Assembly (NCBI GenBank): GCA_016844925.1
Contig: JAERTI010000041.1
Coordinates: forward strand, 1 to 62,867
DNA length: 62,867 nt
Direction: 5' to 3'
Source of the DNA: Candidatus Uhrbacteria bacterium
Lineage (GTDB): Bacteria; Patescibacteriota; Patescibacteriia; UBA9934; GWF2-40-263
Below are positions 58,148 to 62,867 of the stretch, piece after piece; positions within the stretch are counted from its first letter, which is position 1; each line of letters begins with the position of its first letter. The translations under genes and the position numbers were made by a program. The notes beneath the pieces were generated by a model, which was not told where the DNA came from, did not search any database, and saw only the letters and a program-made list of their open reading frames with translations.

Positions 58148-59467
58148 ATGGCACAACCCACATTGGCATGTCTCCAGCTTGATGGAACCATCACGCAGGA
58201 AAGCTGGGATGATGTGCAAGCGAGTGTCCGGCGCATCAAGGCGTTCTTCGCCGCACTGCGCCTGCGCTTCATCGGACGTGACCCACTGATCGACCGGATC
58301 GAGTACGCCATGCTTCGGCGTGGACACGTGCTGACCTACGGAGATGCGGGCACTGGCAAGACCGCCATCACCAAGCAGATCAAGCGTGGCACCGAAGGCA
58401 TGCGCTTGTTCTCCATCGGACTGACCGCCGAGATCACCGAAGACAAGCTCTTCGGTGAGCCGGACTGGGCACACTGGCGCGAGCACCACGAGATGCGCCG
58501 CCAAATCGAGGGTTCCATCCTCGATGCCCACCTGGTGCACCTGGGTGAGTACCTCAACGCCGGTGTTCAGCTCCTGGAGGCTCTCAACGACTTCCTGGAG
58601 GACCGCGACTACCGCCACGGCAAGCAAGTGCTCGAGCACTGCCCGCTGATGACCGCGCTGGCCGACACCAACGTGGACCCCATCAAGGCCATGGAGGAAG
58701 ACGAGAAGCTCATCCCGGTCATCGACCGGTTCATGTTCCTCTTTCCCGTCACCACGCTCACCAAGACCGAGGACCTCAGCCGCATGCTGCGCCTGAACCT
58801 CGGCCGAGAGCGTGCCAAGCCTCTGCCGCCGCTCACCCTCGAGGACCTCGTGCGTGTCAGCGGCGTCAGCCACGGCAGCGACCTGTTCGACGACCCGGTC
58901 ATCGAGCAAGCCTACGTGGAGCTCTACCAGCACTTCAGCGAAGCCACTGGTGAGCGAGTCACCAACCGGACCTTCTGCAAGATCGCAGAGCTGGCCGAGG
59001 TGGAAGCCATGATGCAGGGACGCCAGCGTGTCATGCTGGACGACCTGCGCGTCACGGGCCTCGGGCTCGTGCGCCGCGATGGTGAGCAGGAGGCATTCGA
59101 CGAGGCCATCGCCAAGATTGTCGAAGGCAAGTGGAAGCAACAGGAGCACCGCGCGCGCGTCCGCGCAGAAGAAGAGTTCCTGGACAACGTGGCTCGTCAG
59201 ATTCCCAGCGAGGAAGAGATCGAGGCACAAGCAACCGTTCGGTTCATCAGCATTCTCAAGCAGCTCAAGGACTCCGACGAACTGCTGGACAAGGCCACCA
59301 TGACCTCGCAGCGCAACCGGGATCGTCACGCGCGCCTGCGTGCGGACATCGAGATGCGCAAGCTCGCGCTCTTCGGACGCGCGGACGCTGCCACCGACCC
59401 CAAAAAGGTCGAGGACGACATCTCAGCCCTGCTGCAGGACGAAGACACCGACGAAGAGAGCTCCTGA
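58148..59467 (+). CDS. MoxR/RavA-like AAA+ ATPase with C-terminal helical extension
   Basis: FIGRD-x2-I, Walker A GDAGTGKT, KLFGEP, atypical Walker B LVHLGE, A-x-TN, R-finger DRF; GAGGAG SD. Confidence 0.85.
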   Translation: MAQPTLACLQLDGTITQESWDDVQASVRRIKAFFAALRLRFIGRDPLIDRIEYAMLRRGHVLTYGDAGTGKTAITKQIKRGTEGMRLFSIGLTAEITEDKLFGEPDWAHWREHHEMRRQIEGSILDAHLVHLGEYLNAGVQLLEALNDFLEDRDYRHGKQVLEHCPLMTALADTNVDPIKAMEEDEKLIPVIDRFMFLFPVTTLTKTEDLSRMLRLNLGRERAKPLPPLTLEDLVRVSGVSHGSDLFDDPVIEQAYVELYQHFSEATGERVTNRTFCKIAELAEVEAMMQGRQRVMLDDLRVTGLGLVRRDGEQEAFDEAIAKIVEGKWKQQEHRARVRAEEEFLDNVARQIPSEEEIEAQATVRFISILKQLKDSDELLDKATMTSQRNRDRHARLRADIEMRKLALFGRADAATDPKKVEDDISALLQDEDTDEESS

Positions 59468-60699
59468 TGGATCCGCTCACCCTTGCGGCGCTGATCGCCC
59501 TTGGGGCGAGCGGCGCGATCGGTGGAACAGCCGGAGCCGTTGCGCTCTATCGGGCGATCATCAAGGCAGGTTTCCCCAAGACCACTCCCGCCGGCGAACC
59601 GATCACCTACGAAAGGTTCTCCGTCAAGGAGATGGCCAAGGAGATGGCCCGCCGCGTGGTCATCACCCACACCCTCATCACCGTCGGCAGAGAGCAGACG
59701 GGAAAGAAGGCCGTGGGTGAACGTGTCATTCGCCAAGAAAAGACAGGTGAAAGACAAGTTGACGAGAAGGTGGTGGGGCACCGAATCACTGGCTACCAGA
59801 AGGTAGGCGAGGAGAAAGTAGGTGAAAAACAGGTAGATGAACGCGTGGTTAACCACCGCTGGGAGGAATCCCCGGTGCCAGCAGATCGCGTGCACCTGCG
59901 CCCCATCCGGGGACTGCACGAAGCCCATCGTCGCCCCGCCTCAGAGCTCCTGCTTCCGGACGACATCCAAGAGATGCGCATGATCACCGGTCGTGCCCCC
60001 GTCCTCGTCTTTCAACGCCGCGTCCCCGTCATGGAGCCGGTCATGGAAGACATCATGGAAGACGTGCTCCAGCCGATCACCGAGCCGGTGACCGAACCCA
60101 TCATGGAAGACATCATGGTGGACGTGACTGAGACCATCTGGGAACCCGTCTACGAGCCGATCACCCGCAAGCGCACGCATGGAGTGTACCTGCTCATCGA
60201 CTACTCCAACTCCACGCGCACGTACCTGATGGATACGACGCAAGGTGTCGTCCGAGGGTACCCTTGGCGAGGCAAGCTCAGTGACCAGGCGGCCCAACGG
60301 GTGTTTGAGCGCTGCAAGGAAGAGGGAATCCCCTTCTTCTGCCGCGCCTTCCACCACGAAGCTGAATCGCTTTTCAGCTGGCGACCTGGTGATCCCGAAG
60401 ACGGACTCAAGACGTACTTCCGACGGTGCGACACTGGTGGCACGGACATTGCTCACGCAATCGAGTGCGCCATCCACGATCTGACGGCAGAGGGCCTCGA
60501 CTCGGCGGATCTGATGATCCACACCGACGGCGAGGACCAGAACCTCAGCTCTGCGCTCCGACGACGGCTGGACCAAGTAAACGTGCGCATGCACGTTCAG
60601 CTCTACGGTGTCGAGAACGAGACGCTCCGCCGCCTCGCTCACACCTGGTCGCTCTGCCCGACGGAGAACTACATCTCTCAGGTGGTCACCAACCCCTGA
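59467..60699 (+). CDS. Membrane-anchored vWA-domain protein with repeat stalk (MoxR partner)
   Basis: ATG overlaps the MoxR TGA; N-terminal Gly/Ala-rich TM; MIDAS IDYSNS...GGTDI...TDGED. Confidence 0.85.
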   Translation: MDPLTLAALIALGASGAIGGTAGAVALYRAIIKAGFPKTTPAGEPITYERFSVKEMAKEMARRVVITHTLITVGREQTGKKAVGERVIRQEKTGERQVDEKVVGHRITGYQKVGEEKVGEKQVDERVVNHRWEESPVPADRVHLRPIRGLHEAHRRPASELLLPDDIQEMRMITGRAPVLVFQRRVPVMEPVMEDIMEDVLQPITEPVTEPIMEDIMVDVTETIWEPVYEPITRKRTHGVYLLIDYSNSTRTYLMDTTQGVVRGYPWRGKLSDQAAQRVFERCKEEGIPFFCRAFHHEAESLFSWRPGDPEDGLKTYFRRCDTGGTDIAHAIECAIHDLTAEGLDSADLMIHTDGEDQNLSSALRRRLDQVNVRMHVQLYGVENETLRRLAHTWSLCPTENYISQVVTNP

Positions 60700-60795
60700 G
60701 ACACGCGAGCTCCAAGCTCACCCCACCGGCACGCCCCGGTGGTTTTTTCTTTGCCCAAATCAAAAACCTCGGGAGTCGTATCCCGAGGGGTCGTG

Positions 60796-62076
60796 TCAGC
60801 GCTGGGCGCTGAGGTTCTGCTTGGGCCAGATGGAGCCAGCTCGGTTGTAGTCGACGATCCACTGGTTGCCCACGTTGTAGCGACGAAACTGTCCCACGTC
60901 GGAGGGGTGGTCGGTCCAGGGGCCATTGGCTCCCTCAGGATCGCTCCACTTCACCGTGAGCGTCTGACTCTTGTCGAGCTTCTGGTCACTCCCCCTGGCC
61001 GCCAGAGCTGGCGGCGTAAGGTTGTGATCGCTCCCTCGCGTAGTCTTGCGATCCTTCTCAGGCCAGGTGTCGTACTTGTAGTCGCACCAGTCCTCGTAGA
61101 CCTCGTCGCCACCAGGGTGACAGGCGTCGTGGACGGTCGTGGTGTCCTGACACGTATCCACACAGACCTCTTCCAAGATCTCCGTCTGGGAACCGTCCTC
61201 GTTGTCCTGCCAGTCGCCCGAAGGCACCATGGAACAGTTGCACGGATAGGGCGAACCCACGTTCTCCTCATGCGGATTGCACGTGATGTGCGTGCAGTCG
61301 ACAGTCTCCTTGTGCTTGTTGGTACAGGACTCCGCGTAGGTGCTCATGGGCATGTCGGACTTCCAGTCCGACCCCGTGTGCACCTTGCGCTCCTTGAGCA
61401 CGTGCGTGATCTCCCAGCCGATCGAGTCGACCTGGGCGACGGTCTCGTGCTTGCCGAAGAAGTGAATGCACATCCAGACGATCAGCACGACCGCCAAGAG
61501 GCCTCCACCCCAGACCATGATCTTGGCGAACGGATCGCCATCGACACGGACGGGGCCCGGGTCATCGTAGAGCGGCGCCGGAGCAGGTCGTCGCGAACGC
61601 GTCGACTCAAGTGCCCGGCGAGGGGCAGGTGGTGGTCGCAGCGGAGGCGGCGCAGGTCGCGCAGGCTCCGTTTCCGGCAGCGGACCGTCCGCGTAGTCGC
61701 GTCCATCCATGCCGGCGCCGCAGTTCACACAGCTGCGCAGCGGCTTGCCATCGACGTCGATGACGGTGCTCTCGCCCTCGCAGTACTCGCACGGAACGTT
61801 GGCCCCCTTGGCCGTTCGGTCCAGAGAGTCCTTGTCGGTGATGAGCACGGTCGCGGACGGATCCTGGTACTCCTCCCCCTCTGCCTTGGCCGACTTGGCC
61901 GAGCCGCAGTTGGGACAGTGCGTACGCGTGGCATCGAAGACCTCCTTGGAGATCTCGTCAGCTTGCCACTTCTTGTAGTAGGCACCGATCTCCACGACCG
62001 TGCCACATTGCGCGCAGGGCCATGAAGACCATCTGCGCCTTTTCCCTAGCTGGGTCTTCCCAGTTTTATGAGCCAT
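60796..62076 (-). CDS. Zn-ribbon/Pro-rich/TM/Cys-rich ectodomain membrane protein
   Basis: CAQC, CPNC, CEYC, CVNC; Pro-rich linker; TM IMVWGGGLLAVVLIVWMCIHFF; Cys-rich C-terminal region; GGAGG SD before ATG 62076. Confidence 0.8.
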   Translation of the reverse strand: MAHKTGKTQLGKRRRWSSWPCAQCGTVVEIGAYYKKWQADEISKEVFDATRTHCPNCGSAKSAKAEGEEYQDPSATVLITDKDSLDRTAKGANVPCEYCEGESTVIDVDGKPLRSCVNCGAGMDGRDYADGPLPETEPARPAPPPLRPPPAPRRALESTRSRRPAPAPLYDDPGPVRVDGDPFAKIMVWGGGLLAVVLIVWMCIHFFGKHETVAQVDSIGWEITHVLKERKVHTGSDWKSDMPMSTYAESCTNKHKETVDCTHITCNPHEENVGSPYPCNCSMVPSGDWQDNEDGSQTEILEEVCVDTCQDTTTVHDACHPGGDEVYEDWCDYKYDTWPEKDRKTTRGSDHNLTPPALAARGSDQKLDKSQTLTVKWSDPEGANGPWTDHPSDVGQFRRYNVGNQWIVDYNRAGSIWPKQNLSAQR

Positions 62077-62131
62077 GGGACCTCCGAAGTGTCGAGAACG
62101 CATGCACCTTTTGCTCGTTCTCGGACGCGAT

Positions 62132-62197
62132 AAAGTAAACAAAATCAGGCTTTTTGTCAATACTTCCATTGACAATCGGCCCTTCATTTGTTATTCT
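62132..62197. promoter_or_regulatory. Back-to-back sigma70 promoters (Zn-ribbon gene and rnpB)
   Basis: Minus: TTGACA(62160-62155)-17 nt-TACTTT; plus: TTGACA(62169-62174)-17 nt-TATTCT. Confidence 0.7.
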
Positions 62198-62204
62198 CCT
62201 CCTC

Positions 62205-62634
62205 GTCTTAGGACTATCGGATGGCTACGTGCTGCTTGCAGTACGAGGAAAGTCCGAACACCCGATGTTCCGTAAGGGGCATCGACAAAGAAAGTTGCTA
62301 ACGGCGACCAGGTATAAGATCAGAGATTCAGGAGCTGGAATACTGCTCCTGAGCATCATGATCAAAGCCTAGGGAAAGTGCCACAGAGACAATACTAGCC
62401 CGGCTTGCCGGGTGAAACGTGAAAAGTGATGTGATGTTACTCGATCAGTCGGTCGAGCTGGCTACACATCTCGCCCCGTGGCGACACGGTGGCGTGGTAA
62501 ACCCTTTCTGGTGTAAGAGCAAATTTGGTAGCTCGCACGACCCAGCCAGCAATGGTTGGGCTAGATAAATTGCCATCTCCCCGAGGTAGTCGCCCCGGGC
62601 AGACAAAATTCGGCTTACAGATAGCTCCTAAGAC
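62205..62634 (+). ncRNA. rnpB: RNase P RNA
   Basis: GAGGAAAGTCC and ACAAAATTCGGCTTAC (P4), GAAAGTGCCACAGA, GGTAAACC, P1 GTCTTAGGACTATC/GATAGCTCCTAAGAC. Confidence 0.95.
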
Positions 62635-62705
62635 ACCAAAACACACGGCCAAGCGCCGTGTGTTTTGGTCCCAAAAAATTGAGTCCTCGATGGACTCAAT
62701 TTTTT
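62635..62705. terminator. Two tandem bidirectional terminator hairpins after rnpB
   Basis: ACCAAAACACACGGC-caagc-GCCGTGTGTTTTGGT and AAAAAATTGAGTCC-tcgat-GGACTCAATTTTTT. Confidence 0.8.
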
Positions 62706-62738
62706 ACCATCTCCCCACCTCCCCCGCGGCCTACACCA

Positions 62739-62867
62739 GCGAACGAGCGCTGGGACAATTTTGAGTCGGATAGTGTCCCTATAGATCTCAAAATTCGTAC
62801 CAGTGATCGGCTCGCCCCATCATAGCGAGACCACACAACCACCATCTCGACAGGCTCGATGTGTATT
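62739..62867. repeat. Structured intergenic repeat, copy 2 (reaches the window end)
   Basis: Near-identical to 54499-54647. Confidence 0.9.

Noticed and set aside
58109-62025. Long antisense ORFs (58109-59329 minus, 60739-62025 plus) and the 59131 upstream extension of the vWA ORF
   Set aside because: Expected in GC-rich DNA with strong third-position bias; the real genes have SD sites, motifs and stop/start coupling.
58046-62160. Calling the GC-rich block a prophage or integrative element
   Set aside because: No integrase, transposase, phage structural genes or att pair bounding the block.

Overview
A 62.9-kb chromosomal window, most likely from a Patescibacteria (CPR/Parcubacteria, Uhrbacteria-like) bacterium. 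This is inferred from CPR-type surface-protein modules, a TrbC/VirB2-like pilin, xGAGC lipoboxes and mostly SD-less starts. Layout: (i) 1-1.9 kb, two secreted proteins (Cys-rich partial gene; cohesin plus novel repeats). (ii) 2.3-35.1 kb, a ~33-kb glycan locus with an initiating sugar transferase, FIVE paralogous O-antigen-ligase/O-oligosaccharyltransferase-TPR genes, a flippase, many GT2/GT4 enzymes, amino-sugar tailoring genes, three methyltransferases and an NDK-like/nucleotidyltransferase/kinase fusion. (iii) 35-55.7 kb, housekeeping genes (cca, tRNA-Val, a rare tRNA-Ile(UAU), rluD, gmk, rplS, uvrA, dsbA-like, secG, tRNA-Leu, rnj, trpS) mixed with surface and orphan genes. (iv) 55.8-62.1 kb, accessory DNA: a CSLREA gene flanked by a 22-bp direct repeat, then a GC-rich MoxR ATPase + membrane-anchored vWA protein with a matched 5-/4-residue repeat stalk + Zn-ribbon membrane protein. 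(v) RNase P RNA. A ~110-nt covarying hairpin element occurs twice (54.5 and 62.7 kb). No CRISPR array, rRNA, integrase or transposase was seen. All assignments come from reading motifs by eye; no database search was run.
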